Shown: positions 1 through 10,427, numbered from the stretch's first letter. The stretch: DNA of 64,000 bases from a bacterium (GCA_965207065.1 OZ242260.1:4256001-4320000); one strand, 5' to 3'. Numbers and translations are program-made. Notes: generated from the sequence alone by a model not told the origin.

Positions 1-1
1 G

Positions 2-772
2 TTCTACAGCCCGACCATGGCGGCCTGGAACTGGGGCGATGAGGCCATCCCCAAGTACATGAAGACCCACGTCTACTGGCGCGACATGAATCGGGATGAC
101 AACGAGTTCGACCTGCTGCCGAACTATCGCCTCGCCACCCTCATCCATACGCGCTCGGCCGTGAAATGGCTCTACGAGATCACCCACAACAACCCGCTGT
201 GGCTCCACACCGACGACGCCAAGCGACTCGGGCTGAACACGGGCGACCTGGCGAAGGTCGAGACCGGGATTGGCCATTTCGTCACGAGATGCTGGGTGAC
301 GGAGGGACTGAGGCCGGGCATCGTCGCCATGGCGCATCACCTGGGCCGCTGGCGCCTGAGCGAAGATCAGGGCGCGCCCAAGATCGCCTCCGCCGTCGTT
401 CGCCTCGACGAGAAGAATGATGGGGAATACACCATGCGTCAGGTGCACGGCGTCCAGCCCTTCAAGAGCGACGACCCGGACACGGAGCGCATATGGTGGC
501 GCGAGGTGGGCGTGAACCAGAACCTCACTTTCCCGGTCAACCCCGACCCGGTGAGCGGGATGCACTGCTGGCACCAGAAGGTGCGGGTGACGAAGGCGGG
601 GGCGGCGGATCGCTACGGCGACATCAGCGTCGACACGAAGAAGAGTTTCGAGCACTACAAGCAGTGGCTCGAGATGACAAAGCCGGCCCCCGGCCCCGAC
701 AACCTCAGGCGCCCGCTGTGGTTCGCCCGGCCCAACAAGCCCCAGGCCGAGGCCTACACCATTACCGAATGA
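2..772 (+). CDS. Molybdopterin-dependent oxidoreductase catalytic subunit, C-terminal part (5' end outside window)
   Basis: Frame open from base 2; molybdopterin dinucleotide-binding domain motifs (IHTRSA..WLYEI..NPLWLH..DAKRLGL..GDLAKV..GIG; VTEGLRPG); followed by TorD-like chaperone. Confidence 0.85.
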   Translation, partial: FYSPTMAAWNWGDEAIPKYMKTHVYWRDMNRDDNEFDLLPNYRLATLIHTRSAVKWLYEITHNNPLWLHTDDAKRLGLNTGDLAKVETGIGHFVTRCWVTEGLRPGIVAMAHHLGRWRLSEDQGAPKIASAVVRLDEKNDGEYTMRQVHGVQPFKSDDPDTERIWWREVGVNQNLTFPVNPDPVSGMHCWHQKVRVTKAGAADRYGDISVDTKKSFEHYKQWLEMTKPAPGPDNLRRPLWFARPNKPQAEAYTITE

Positions 773-1407
773 GCCTTCGCTGGAAGCGCCGCGCCTCACA
801 CGCTGAATACGCCGAGCAGGCGAGGCTCCGCGCGCAACTCTACCGGGTACAGGCGCGGGCGATGCTCGACCCGCTCGACGCGGAACTCGCAGGCTTCCTG
901 CGCGAGAACTACCCGTTCCTCTTTCCCGAAAAATTCGAGGTCACCGAAGAGGCCCTACAGAAACTGAGGGTCGATTTCACGAACCTGTTCGTGCTCTCCT
1001 CCCCTCCCTACGAAGCCGCCCTGATGGATGAGAGCGGGCACCTGAACTCGAAGCGGACGGATGCGGTCGCCGATTTCTACCGCGCCTGCGGCTACAACCC
1101 CGGGCGTGGAAGCGCCGCTCTCTCCCAGTCCAGCGTGCTGGCGGTGGATCACCTGAGTGTGGAACTCGAATTCCTGGCCCGCCTCGCCACGGAAGAAGCG
1201 GACGCCTGGGAGGAGGGCGACGCCGACCTCGCGCGGGAGAAACTGGGTTTGTGCGCGCGGTTCATGGATGAGCACCTCATGGGCTGGATGCCCGTTTACA
1301 CTTCGAGCATGGAAGAGGACGCGGAAACACACCTCTACCGCGCACTCGCCGGATGGATACGCGAATTCGCCTTCTCGGACAGGAAATACATCGCAGGGAT
1401 ACTTTAG
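769..1407 (+). CDS. TorD/DmsD-family molybdoenzyme maturation chaperone
   Basis: ATGA overlap with upstream stop; PPYE and DHLSVELEFL motifs; F..EHL..W helix. Confidence 0.85.
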   Translation: MSLRWKRRASHAEYAEQARLRAQLYRVQARAMLDPLDAELAGFLRENYPFLFPEKFEVTEEALQKLRVDFTNLFVLSSPPYEAALMDESGHLNSKRTDAVADFYRACGYNPGRGSAALSQSSVLAVDHLSVELEFLARLATEEADAWEEGDADLAREKLGLCARFMDEHLMGWMPVYTSSMEEDAETHLYRALAGWIREFAFSDRKYIAGIL

Positions 1408-1427
1408 GAGAGGGGAGGCGATTCCTG

Positions 1428-1820
1428 CTACGGGGCTTCCTCTTTCATGGCGCTCGCCCACTTCTGGGCCTGCGTGAGGTGGCGTCTTAATTCCCGCGTC
1501 TTTTTGCTCCAGTCGCGCCATGCGGCCCTGGACGGCGGGCACGCCTTCGACCAGGCGCGGTACCGGGCGAGGTTCTCTTCCGCCACCCCGTCGATGCGAG
1601 CGAGCAGTTCCTGAACCCGGCCGTCCGAACCCGCCTCGCGGAAAAGATTCTCCAGCATTCTGGCCCGGTTCTGGACACCCGCGCGCAGACCCATCTCCCC
1701 TGCAAGCGCGCGGATGCGGCTCCTCGTCAGGAAAATACCCGAGCGGGCGGGCGTCACCAGAAATTCCGCCAACTCGTGCAGGTTCCCGCCCTCGAATGTT
1801 CGCGTGATGTCGGAACTCAT
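1428..1820 (-). CDS. Hypothetical protein (130 aa)
   Basis: ATG-started ORF, protein-like composition, convergent with torD-like gene. Confidence 0.6.
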   Translation of the reverse strand: MSSDITRTFEGGNLHELAEFLVTPARSGIFLTRSRIRALAGEMGLRAGVQNRARMLENLFREAGSDGRVQELLARIDGVAEENLARYRAWSKACPPSRAAWRDWSKKTRELRRHLTQAQKWASAMKEEAP

Positions 1821-1893
1821 AACGCGTCCATATTACGCCAAAACGGACCGGATGACACCGCCCGAAAGGCTCAGGCGCGAATCCGGCGGCCAA

Positions 1894-2250
1894 AGGGGGT
1901 GTTTGAAAAAGCCCGTGCGGATCGGGATGAACAACTCCCCGCTTGAGGGGTTGTAAATAAAGCCCCCCTAACAGGGTAAAGGCAACCCTCTTGAAGGGGA
2001 AACCCCATAAAAGCAACCCCCCCTACCCCCCCTTGTCAGGGGTCAATTCCGACCGAGGAGGGAGGAATTGCAAGCCGATGCGTTTCCCGCCAATGGCTTC
2101 TGCAAACGCTCGTTCCTCACTCGCGTTTGACCCCTGACAAGGGGGGGTAGGGGGGGTTGCTTCTGACGAGGAGAATCGGGGGTTTGTGCGAAAGCGGCCT
2201 TCCCGCTAGAGGTGATGCCCCCCGACAAGGACTTTTTCAACAACCCCTTC
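1894..2250. repeat. Nested MITE-like palindromic element
   Basis: Perfect 36-bp inverted repeat 2011-2046 / 2127-2162 (AAGCAA-C7-TA-C7-TTGTCAGGGGTCAA); outer GGGGTTGTTGAAAAAG-type ends at ~1894/1946 and 2230-2249. Confidence 0.75.
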
Positions 2251-2280
2251 TTTAGAGGGAACGATTTCTCCTGAAGGTCC

Positions 2281-2356
2281 GTAGGGACAGGCCCCCGTGC
2301 CTGTCCTATATCGGAGTGAATATGACCGACGGGCGGCCACAGAGGGCCGCCCCTAC
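2281..2356. repeat. Inverted pair of GTAG-type REP hairpins (REPIN-like)
   Basis: GTAGGGACAGGCCCCCGTGCCTGTCC on + at 2281 and GTAGGGGCGGCCCTCTGTGGCCGCCC on - ending 2356. Confidence 0.75.
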
Positions 2357-2646
2357 GGTGGAATCCCAACCGATCCGCAAGGAGGGAATGGTTCATTTCA
2401 CTTTCGTGGCTTATGCAATCGCTCCCTTCTCGGTCGCGATTGACCTCCCAAAACGCAAAATATTCTTTCGCAAGCGCCTATTGTCGGAATTTCGGCATCC
2501 GCACCCGGTTCGTTTATGGCAGGCCGGGCTTCTTCGTGCTATGAGGAAGAAAAGAGTGAAGCCCGCGTCGGGGCGGCATGATGAATTTTGCCCCCGGGCG
2601 GGTGAGCCACCGAATTCCTGTTTTCGCGATATGGTGATTCCGCCTC

Positions 2647-3474
2647 ATGGACGAGCCTGTTTCTCTGGAAGAAAACGCCGATTTCGCCGTCATCCTCGTA
2701 CGCCCGGGGGGTGCGGGCAACGTGGGCGCCATCGCGCGCGTCATGTCGCACTTCGGCCTGTCGGACTTGCGCCTCGTCGCGCCGCGGTGCGACGTCAAGA
2801 GCGTGGAGGCGCGCTCCATGGCCATGAAAGCGCAGCCCCTGCTGGCGGGCGCGAAGCATTTCGCCAGCCTGCGCGAAGCCTCGCACGATTGCGGCTGGCT
2901 GGTGGGGACGTCGAGGCGCCTTGGCAGGAAACGGCAGCCCACCATGCGCCCGAGAGAGGATGCGGGCGCACTGCTCGCGCGCGCATCGGGCATGAAAGTC
3001 GGGCTGGTGTTCGGGCAGGAGGACAAGGGCCTGTTCACCGAAGAGTTGAGCCTGTGCCAGGAGAGGCTCCTCATCCCGGCGCTCCCCGACGGCGAGTCGT
3101 TCAACCTCTCCCAGGCCGTGCTGATCATTTTGTGGGAGTTGTTCTGCCAGAACCAGGAGATCGCCCGGCCCGGAGTCGGCGATGCGAAGCGCGAGCGCGC
3201 GAATGAACTTGAACCCGCATCGCGCGAGGAAATCGAGGGCCTGGTGGATCACCTCATCGAATCCATGGAGCAGATCGGCTTCGTCCCCCACAACGACCCG
3301 GATCGCGTGGCCCGGACCTTCCGGAAGATGCTCGACAGGCTGGGGCCGGACGAGAGAGAGGTCCGCGTGTTGCGGGGCGTGCTGCGGCAGGCGATCTGGA
3401 AACTCTTTCATCCGGGCGAAAAAGACGAGCCGCAAGAGTCCGCCGTTTCGTCCCGCCCGGTTGAAGAAGACTGA
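2647..3474 (+). CDS. trmJ: TrmJ/LasT-like SPOUT RNA methyltransferase
   Basis: GNVGAIARVMSHFG, LVFGQEDKGL, SFNLSQAV motifs. Confidence 0.85.
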   Translation: MDEPVSLEENADFAVILVRPGGAGNVGAIARVMSHFGLSDLRLVAPRCDVKSVEARSMAMKAQPLLAGAKHFASLREASHDCGWLVGTSRRLGRKRQPTMRPREDAGALLARASGMKVGLVFGQEDKGLFTEELSLCQERLLIPALPDGESFNLSQAVLIILWELFCQNQEIARPGVGDAKRERANELEPASREEIEGLVDHLIESMEQIGFVPHNDPDRVARTFRKMLDRLGPDEREVRVLRGVLRQAIWKLFHPGEKDEPQESAVSSRPVEED

Positions 3475-3519
3475 TTTCGGGCATCGTTCCGAAGGCAACC
3501 TGCGCAGAGCGTGAAACGC

Positions 3520-4551
3520 ATGAAACTCGATGACTTCGACTACCACCTGCCCCGAAACCTCATCGCCCGATATCCGCCGCCGAACCGGGAAGACGCGAGG
3601 ATGCTCCATCTCTCAAGAGAGGGTGATGCGCTCGCGCACCTTCAGGTCATCGACCTGCCGCGTTACTTAAGTCCGGGGGATCTGGTCGTCATCAACGACA
3701 CGAAGGTCAACCCGTGGCGGATTCACGGCAGGCGCAAGAGCGGGGGCCGGGTGGAGATCCTGCTGCTCAAACAGCTCTCCCCCGGAAAATTCCGCGCCAT
3801 GGCGCACGCCAACCGCCCCCTGCCCGAAGGGGAAGAAATCGTTTTCGACGATGCGCACCGCGCCACGCTCGGGCCCCAAGGTCTGGAAAGGGAACTCGAA
3901 TTCGCGTCGCCTGATGGTCTCGCCGAATGGCTGGAATCTTTCGGGGAGATGCCGATACCGCCCTATCTGGAGCGGTGCGCCGAGGAGATCGACAAGGAGC
4001 GCTACCAGACCGTGTTCGCCCGAAACCCGGGCGCCGTCGCCGCGCCCACGGCGGGGCTGCACCTGAGCGAAACGATGCTCGAAGACATATCGGCCGCCGG
4101 CGCGCGCATCGCCAGGCTGACCCTCCACGTGGGAGCCGGGACGTTCCGGCCCGTTCAGACGGAAAACGTCGAAGAACACAAAATGGACGCGGAAAGCTAT
4201 ATTCTTAATGATGAGGCCGTCGCCACCATCCACGATACCAGAGCGGGCGGCGGGCGCATTCTGGCCGTGGGCACGACGGTGGTCCGGGCGCTGGAGGCCG
4301 CATACATCGAGGCGGCGGCCCGTGGCCGGACGCTGCAGGCGGGAGAGTTCAGCACCCGCCTGTTCATCCGGCCGGGTTTTCGGTTTCAAGCCGTGGATAT
4401 GATGCTGACGAATTTTCACCTGCCGCGCTCGACCCTGCTCATGCTCGTGTCGGCGTTCGCGGGCAGGGAGAAAATCCTGAGCGCATACGCGCAGGCGATT
4501 GAAGCGGGATACCGATTCTACAGCTACGGGGACGCCATGCTGATAGACTAG
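3520..4551 (+). CDS. queA: S-adenosylmethionine:tRNA ribosyltransferase-isomerase
   Basis: DFDYHLP, AAPTAGLH, TNFHLPRSTL, YRFYSYGDAML. Confidence 0.97.
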   Translation: MKLDDFDYHLPRNLIARYPPPNREDARMLHLSREGDALAHLQVIDLPRYLSPGDLVVINDTKVNPWRIHGRRKSGGRVEILLLKQLSPGKFRAMAHANRPLPEGEEIVFDDAHRATLGPQGLERELEFASPDGLAEWLESFGEMPIPPYLERCAEEIDKERYQTVFARNPGAVAAPTAGLHLSETMLEDISAAGARIARLTLHVGAGTFRPVQTENVEEHKMDAESYILNDEAVATIHDTRAGGGRILAVGTTVVRALEAAYIEAAARGRTLQAGEFSTRLFIRPGFRFQAVDMMLTNFHLPRSTLLMLVSAFAGREKILSAYAQAIEAGYRFYSYGDAMLID

Positions 4552-4572
4552 GCGAACGGGAGATTCACCGGT

Positions 4573-4866
4573 TCAGTGAAATTTCACCTCGGCGCCGTTC
4601 ACCGCATCCTTGAAGTGCTTGCCCGCCTTGAAGCGCACGACGCGGCGCGCGCTGATGGGCGCTTCCTGACCCGTCTTGGGGTTGCGCCCCACGCGGGCGT
4701 TCTTTTCTCTCACCTGAAATGAACCGAAGCGCCTCAGAATGACGGAATCACCACTTTGGAGGGATTCCTTGATGGTGTGGATAATCGTCTCGACTGCTTC
4801 TTCCGCTTTTACTTTACTGAGACCCGTATCGTCCGATACGAGGTTGATGATGTCGATTTTCGTCAA
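4573..4866 (-). CDS. HU/IHF-family DNA-binding protein
   Basis: TTG start after AAGGGGGGAG; TKIDII...FGSF..R...GRNPKTG...VVRFKAG. Confidence 0.93.
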   Translation of the reverse strand: MTKIDIINLVSDDTGLSKVKAEEAVETIIHTIKESLQSGDSVILRRFGSFQVREKNARVGRNPKTGQEAPISARRVVRFKAGKHFKDAVNGAEVKFH

Positions 4867-5067
4867 AGGACTCCCCCCTTCTTGCCCAGACTTACCCACA
4901 ACTCCGCCCTCGTACAGGGGGCAAAGCCGGGGTGGAAAATTCTTTGATTCCCTATGCAACGTTTATCAAAAATCCGTGTAACCTCTTGAGTTCAATCAAG
5001 TTTACCACTAGCCTTGCAGGGGAGCAACTACTTAAAAATCAATTAGAAACCCGAAAGGTCAAAAAAC

Positions 5068-6219
5068 ATGAAGGAATTTTCCGTCCCGTCGCGCATCTCG
5101 GACATCAAGCCTTTCCTGGTGATGGACATCATGGAGCGCGCCCATCAACTGGAGGCCCAGGGCCGCGAGGTGATCCACCTGGAAGTGGGAGAGCCCGATT
5201 TCGACACGCCCGAAGTCATCATCCGCGCCGCCGAGAGCGCCCTGCGCGCAGGCCACACCCACTACACGGCGGCGCTGGGCATTCCCGAGCTGCGCGAGGC
5301 GATAGCGGATTATTACAACCACAAATACGGCGTATCCGTATCGCCCGAACGCGTGGTCGTGACGAACGGCACGAGCCCGGGCCTGTTGATGCTCTTCTCC
5401 GTTCTGGTCGATGCGGGCGATGAGATCATCATTTCAGACCCCCACTACGCCTGCTACCCCGCTTTCATCCTCTCCGCCTGCGGGAAACCGGTGCGTGTCC
5501 CCACCCATGCGGAGAAAGGCTTCGCGCTCGAGGCCGATGCCGTCCGCGAATACATCACCCCGAAAACGAGGGCCGTCCTCATCAACTCGCCCTCGAACCC
5601 CACGGGCGCTTCGCTTTCGCGCCGGGACATGGAGGCGCTCGCCGAACTGGGAAAACCCCTCATTTCGGACGAGATTTACCACGGACTCAGCTACGAGGAT
5701 GAGGAGCACACGGCGCTCCACTTTGCGGAGGATTGTTTCGTCATCAACGGTTTTTCAAAGTATTTCGCCATGACGGGCTGGCGGGTCGGCTATCTCATCG
5801 CGCCGCCCGAATACGTCCGCCCGCTGGAGATACTGCAGCAAAACTATTTCGTCTCGCCCAATTCCTTCGTCCAGCACGCGGCGATAGCCGCCCTCAAAGA
5901 CGGCCTGCCCGAAGCGGAGCGCATGCGCGGGGTTTATGACGAAAGACGAAAAATCATGCTCGCGCGCCTCGAGGATATCGGCCTGAAAATGCTTCATGAG
6001 CCGACTGGCGCGTTCTACGCCTTCGCCGACGCGCGCGCCTATGGGACGGACAGCCTGGAACTGGCAAAGGAAATTCTGGAGGCCACCGGCGTGGCCGTGG
6101 CGCCGGGAGCGGATTTCGGACCCGGCGGGGAAGGGTTCCTGCGGTTCTCCTACTGCAACTCGGTCGAAAACATCGAAGCCGGAATCGAAAGAGTGGGGGC
6201 GTTCCTCAGGAAGCAATAA
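5068..6219 (+). CDS. PLP-dependent aminotransferase class I/II
   Basis: GEPDF, NSPSNPTG, SDEIY, GFSKYFAMTGWRVG. Confidence 0.95.
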   Translation: MKEFSVPSRISDIKPFLVMDIMERAHQLEAQGREVIHLEVGEPDFDTPEVIIRAAESALRAGHTHYTAALGIPELREAIADYYNHKYGVSVSPERVVVTNGTSPGLLMLFSVLVDAGDEIIISDPHYACYPAFILSACGKPVRVPTHAEKGFALEADAVREYITPKTRAVLINSPSNPTGASLSRRDMEALAELGKPLISDEIYHGLSYEDEEHTALHFAEDCFVINGFSKYFAMTGWRVGYLIAPPEYVRPLEILQQNYFVSPNSFVQHAAIAALKDGLPEAERMRGVYDERRKIMLARLEDIGLKMLHEPTGAFYAFADARAYGTDSLELAKEILEATGVAVAPGADFGPGGEGFLRFSYCNSVENIEAGIERVGAFLRKQ

Positions 6220-6249
6220 AAAACCGCTGCCCGGTGAACGGGGCAGCGG
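6218..6249 (-). terminator. Intrinsic terminator hairpin between convergent genes
   Basis: CCGCTGCCC-N8-GGGCAGCGG with a 5' A-run (U-tract on - strand, after rpoZ). Confidence 0.7.
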
Positions 6250-6272
6250 CCGGCTTGCGCTTTCAAGCGATA

Positions 6273-6548
6273 CTACGCCTCGTCGTCGAACCCGACATCC
6301 ATGAATCCCTGGTCAATATCGGTCAAATCCATGGCCGACGCTGTCTTTCGCCACTCCAGTTTTTCTTCGATGATTTCGCGAAACACGATCTGCTCGGGCG
6401 TCTCGTGGGACTGTGAGGGAACCAGAGGCTCCGCACCCCGCCTGAGTTGGGCCACCCGCTTGGCGAGCAGCACCGAAAGCAAGAAACGATTCTTGACGAT
6501 ACCGAGCGCTTCTTCGAACATCTCGTCATAAGACGTAGACACGGTCAT
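6273..6548 (-). CDS. rpoZ: RNA polymerase omega subunit
   Basis: NRFLLSVLLAKRVAQL..GAEPLV...IVFREI. Confidence 0.85.
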   Translation of the reverse strand: MTVSTSYDEMFEEALGIVKNRFLLSVLLAKRVAQLRRGAEPLVPSQSHETPEQIVFREIIEEKLEWRKTASAMDLTDIDQGFMDVGFDDEA

Positions 6549-6628
6549 GTAATCTCCCGCAAGAGGTAATTAAAAAGGACCATTGGGGATGACGCGCATC
6601 AGACCGGCGCCTCGCCGATCCTTCGGAC

Positions 6629-7159
6629 CTAACCGAACCCAACCTCCCGAACATATATCATTTGCAAATCAGAGTGAACCTGATTCAAAAGCTGTTCCTC
6701 TTCCTCAGAAAGATTGCCTTGCATCTTCTCCTTGAGAACGCCGAACAAATCTACGAATAGTTTCGAGCTACGCGGGTCCGCCGCTCCGATGCGCTCCCCC
6801 GTCTGGGGATGAATGCCCATCGCCGCCAGGGTGTTTTGCTGCACGATGGCGATGAGCATCTCGAAACTCCTGTCTTCCTCCTCTTCCTCGTCCGCCTCAT
6901 CACCCTCAGGCTGCGCTCTTTCCTCGGCTTCGGGCTGCGGAACTTCCGGAGCCCGGGGTGGAACCGGTTCGGCTTCCATCGGCTCGGGTTCCGGGGAAAA
7001 CGCGCCGGTTTGCGGACTCATCTCTTCATCGGCCGCTCCCGGAGAGATTACCTGTCCTTCACCTCCCGAAGGGGGCGTTTCTTCATCCTCATATCCCCTC
7101 ACGGAGAATCTCCGGTCGGAAACCTTGAACCCCTTTTCTTCCACGTTTTCTTCTTCCAT
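6629..7159 (-). CDS. DUF1844-like protein
   Basis: GFKVSDRR N-terminus, acidic linker, C-terminal LKEKMQGNLSEEEEQLL...LQMIYV. Confidence 0.75.
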   Translation of the reverse strand: MEEENVEEKGFKVSDRRFSVRGYEDEETPPSGGEGQVISPGAADEEMSPQTGAFSPEPEPMEAEPVPPRAPEVPQPEAEERAQPEGDEADEEEEEDRSFEMLIAIVQQNTLAAMGIHPQTGERIGAADPRSSKLFVDLFGVLKEKMQGNLSEEEEQLLNQVHSDLQMIYVREVGFG

Positions 7160-7228
7160 CGCTTACCCTCCGGCGTCCGGTGCCGGGGCTATCGGACCCC
7201 GCCTCTTTTCATTTGCCTGAATGTGCGC

Positions 7229-8374
7229 TTATGCCCAAAGAGAACTCAACTTGCCGAGAATGCCCTTTCCGGCCCCATTTTCCCCGGCTCCTCCAGCCCC
7301 GTTCTTCTCCGCCTTTTCACGTTCGATCTCCGACAATTCGCCAAAGAGCTTTTCCTCGTCCGGCGTTAATTTTGTCGGCGTCTGGACATGAACCAGAAAC
7401 ATGTGATCGCCGCGCCCTCTCCTGCCGAGGCGCTGGAATCCCTCGCCCTTGAGCCTCAACACGTCCGAGGACTGCACCCCCTGGGGTATCTCGAGCTCGG
7501 ACTCTCCGTAGAGCGTCCTCACCTTCACCATATCGCCCAGGGCGGCCTGCGAGAACGAAACGGATACCTGGCTCGCCACGTCCGCCCCGTTGCGCTCGAA
7601 TTCCTCGTGCGCGAGCATGGAGACGACGACGAACAAATCGCCCGCCGGCCCGCCCTTGGCGCCCCCTTCCCCCTCTTCGCGAAGACGCAGCCTGGCGCCC
7701 TCGTCCACGCCGGGAGGAATCTTCACCTTCACCTTCCTCTGCTCCAGACGGCGTCCGGCGCCATCGCATTCCGCGCAATGCTCGGTGATCCGCCTGCCCG
7801 CGCCGTTACAATCCGAGCAAGTGGTGGAAAAGGTCATGAAACCCTGGCGGTAGGACATCTGGCCGCTGCCGCCGCACGATGTGCACTCGCGAATCGCGTC
7901 GGGCGACTTGGCCCCGCTGCCGCCGCAATAGACGCATTCCGTGGGCCGCTCGAATTCGATTTCACGCTCGACCCCAACAGCCGCCTCCTCGAACGTCATC
8001 TCCAGTTGATAGGCCAGATCCCGGCCCTGGCGCGGCCCGTCGCGGCGCGCGCGAGAACCTGCGAATGCGCCGCCGAACAGATCGCCGAAAATATCCCCGA
8101 ACGAGGAGAAGATGTCGTCGAAATTCGAAAACCCTTGATGCCCCATGCCACGAAGCCCGTCGTGGCCGAAGCGATCATACGCGCTCCTCTTCTCGGGCTC
8201 GCTCAATACCTGGTAGGCCTCGGAGGCTTCCTTGAACAATTCCTCGGCCTCCGCATCGCCGGAATTGCGATCCGGATGATGCTGCATCGCCAGCGTGCGA
8301 TACGCCTTTTTGATCTCGGCGTCGCTCGCATCGCGGCTTACGCCCAGCACTTCGTAGTAGTCACGCTTGCTCAT
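7229..8374 (-). CDS. dnaJ: Chaperone DnaJ
   Basis: J-domain HPD, G/F region, four CxxCxGxG repeats. Confidence 0.97.
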   Translation of the reverse strand: MSKRDYYEVLGVSRDASDAEIKKAYRTLAMQHHPDRNSGDAEAEELFKEASEAYQVLSEPEKRSAYDRFGHDGLRGMGHQGFSNFDDIFSSFGDIFGDLFGGAFAGSRARRDGPRQGRDLAYQLEMTFEEAAVGVEREIEFERPTECVYCGGSGAKSPDAIRECTSCGGSGQMSYRQGFMTFSTTCSDCNGAGRRITEHCAECDGAGRRLEQRKVKVKIPPGVDEGARLRLREEGEGGAKGGPAGDLFVVVSMLAHEEFERNGADVASQVSVSFSQAALGDMVKVRTLYGESELEIPQGVQSSDVLRLKGEGFQRLGRRGRGDHMFLVHVQTPTKLTPDEEKLFGELSEIEREKAEKNGAGGAGENGAGKGILGKLSSLWA

Positions 8375-8433
8375 GCTTTCCCTTTATCCTGAAAATCGAA
8401 AACACGCGACAATACTATGCGCACGAATCCGGT

Positions 8434-9141
8434 TCAAGGGCGCGAGTCCGGCTGCCCGCCCGCATACTTGCCCACCGAGACGCGCGCGGGTCGTAATACC
8501 GCATCGCCCAGCTTGTAGCCGCAGGCCAACTCCTCCACCACCAGGCCGTCCTGCGCCTTATCGTCCACCTCGACCAACCGCACCGCCTCGTGCTCTTCCG
8601 GGTTGAAGGCGGCGCCCATCGCCGGGAGAGGCTCCACGCCCAGGTTCGAGAGTTCCTGAAAGAACCGGCCCTGAATCATCCGGACCCCCTGCACGAGGGT
8701 TTCCAGCGCGCTGTCTTTTTCCCCCTGAGAGGTTCCGCTATCGACGGCCGCCGTGGCGCGCGCCAGATCGTCGGCGATGCTCAAGAATCCGGAGACCGCC
8801 TGTTTCTTCACCTCCTGGGTCCTGCGCTCCATCTCGCGCTCCTGGCGCGCCCTGAAGTCAGCCGTGTCCTTGTCGATTTTCTCGACATATTCCTTGAACT
8901 TCTCCTCGGCGGCGGCGACCTTCGCCTGGAGCTGCTCCACGTAGGCGGGCACGCGCGGGGTTTCTTCGGCCTCCTCGCCGCTCACCTCGCCGTCTTCGCG
9001 GACGCGCCGCCTGTCCACGACGCGCGGCTTCTCCTTGGTTTCCGCCTCCGCATCGCCCGTATCCACCGACTCCGCTGCTTCGGCTTCGGCCTTCGCGCCA
9101 CCGCCGTTTTCCGTCTCGACTTTTACATCCCTGGCTTTCAT
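8434..9141 (-). CDS. grpE: Nucleotide exchange factor GrpE
   Basis: FNPEEHEAV, GYKLGDAVLRPARVSV. Confidence 0.93.
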   Translation of the reverse strand: MKARDVKVETENGGGAKAEAEAAESVDTGDAEAETKEKPRVVDRRRVREDGEVSGEEAEETPRVPAYVEQLQAKVAAAEEKFKEYVEKIDKDTADFRARQEREMERRTQEVKKQAVSGFLSIADDLARATAAVDSGTSQGEKDSALETLVQGVRMIQGRFFQELSNLGVEPLPAMGAAFNPEEHEAVRLVEVDDKAQDGLVVEELACGYKLGDAVLRPARVSVGKYAGGQPDSRP

Positions 9142-9162
9142 GAAACGACTTCCTCCCAGAAC

Positions 9163-10023
9163 CTAGTATCTCATTTCCATCAGCCGCCGAATCCGCTCTT
9201 CCATCGGCGGGTGCGTGCTGAAAAGACGCGCCAGACCTCCGCCCGCAAGGGGGTTGACGATGTACATGTGGGCCGTCGCCTCGCTCGCACAGTGAAGTTC
9301 CTCGCGGTGGGCGGCCTCATCGAGGCGATGCAGGGCGTTCGCCAGCCCGACCGGCGTGCCCGCGATCTGCGCGCCCGTGGCGTCGGCGAGATACTCGCGC
9401 GAGCGGCTCACCGCCATCTGAAGAAGCGTCGCGGCGATGGGGGCCACGATGGCGGCGACGATGATCCCCAGCAAGCCTCCGCCACCACCCTCCTCGTCGT
9501 CGCCCCGGCCGTATGCGCCGAAAAAAGCGGCGAACTGCGCCATCTGCGCGAGATACATGATGGCGCCCGCCAGGGATGCGGCGACCGTGCTCAGAAGAAT
9601 GTCTCGGTTCTTGATGTGGGCGAGTTCGTGCGCGGCCACGCCTTCGAGTTCTTCTCTATTCAGGTCCTGCAGAATTCCCTCGGTGAAGGCGACGGCGGCG
9701 TTCTCGGGGTTTCTGCCCGTGGCGAAGGCGTTCGGCGCATTTTCGGGAATGACGTAGACGCGCGGCATGGGCAGGTTCGCGCGCCGGGCGAGGTCCGCCA
9801 CCATGCCGTAGAGTTCGGGCGCATGTTCGGGAAGCACCTCGCTCGCGCCCGTGCTGGCGAGAACGATCTTGTCCGAATACCAGTAGCTGTAGCCGTTGAT
9901 GCCCACCGCGAGCACCAGGGCGATGACCAGCCCGGTCGTCCCGCCGAGAAGATTGCCGATGAGCAGAATCAGCCCCGTCAGCAACCCGAGCAGCAAAAAG
10001 GATTTTATGGAATTCGTGCTCAC
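9163..10023 (-). CDS. htpX: Zinc metalloprotease HtpX
   Basis: [30 protein letters not shown]. Confidence 0.95.
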   Translation of the reverse strand: MSTNSIKSFLLLGLLTGLILLIGNLLGGTTGLVIALVLAVGINGYSYWYSDKIVLASTGASEVLPEHAPELYGMVADLARRANLPMPRVYVIPENAPNAFATGRNPENAAVAFTEGILQDLNREELEGVAAHELAHIKNRDILLSTVAASLAGAIMYLAQMAQFAAFFGAYGRGDDEEGGGGGLLGIIVAAIVAPIAATLLQMAVSRSREYLADATGAQIAGTPVGLANALHRLDEAAHREELHCASEATAHMYIVNPLAGGGLARLFSTHPPMEERIRRLMEMRY

Positions 10024-10427
10024 AACCGCCTCCTCCTGATATGCACGAGTTTGGCGGCGACCGAAGGTATCATGGCCTGCATATCGGGCGTTGCGTTGCT
10101 CATCTGCTCGCGGAATTCCTCGAACGCCCGGCTCTCGATCAACTCCTCGAGTTCGCCGAGGCGTTCGAGCGCGCTCATCAGCTTCTCGCGAAGCTCGATG
10201 ATGACCTGCACACCCGCCAGATTCACGCCCATGTCCCGCGTGAGCGCCATGATGATTTCGAGTTGATCGATATCTTCTTCGGAATAATAGCGCGTCCCGC
10301 CCTCGCTGCGGCCCGGTTCGATGAGACCCTGGCGCTCATACATCCTGAGCGTCTGCTGGTGGATCTCGAACATCTCGGCCACCGCGCTGATGGTGTAGCG
10401 CCCGTCTCTCACGCCTCTACGCGCCAT
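10020..10427 (-). CDS. hspR: MerR-family heat-shock repressor HspR-like
   Basis: [39 protein letters not shown]...MGVNLAGV; directly downstream of dnaK-cbpA. Confidence 0.88.
   Translation of the reverse strand: MARRGVRDGRYTISAVAEMFEIHQQTLRMYERQGLIEPGRSEGGTRYYSEEDIDQLEIIMALTRDMGVNLAGVQVIIELREKLMSALERLGELEELIESRAFEEFREQMSNATPDMQAMIPSVAAKLVHIRRRRL

Noticed and set aside
2043-2646. ORFs across the repeat region (2043-2396, 2316-3206)
   Set aside because: Translations of palindromic repeats or off-frame overlap with trmJ; no protein-like features
4985-5000. CTTGAG-TTCAA-TCAAG as a second HAIR site
   Set aside because: Spacing too short for HAIR and not at a heat-shock gene
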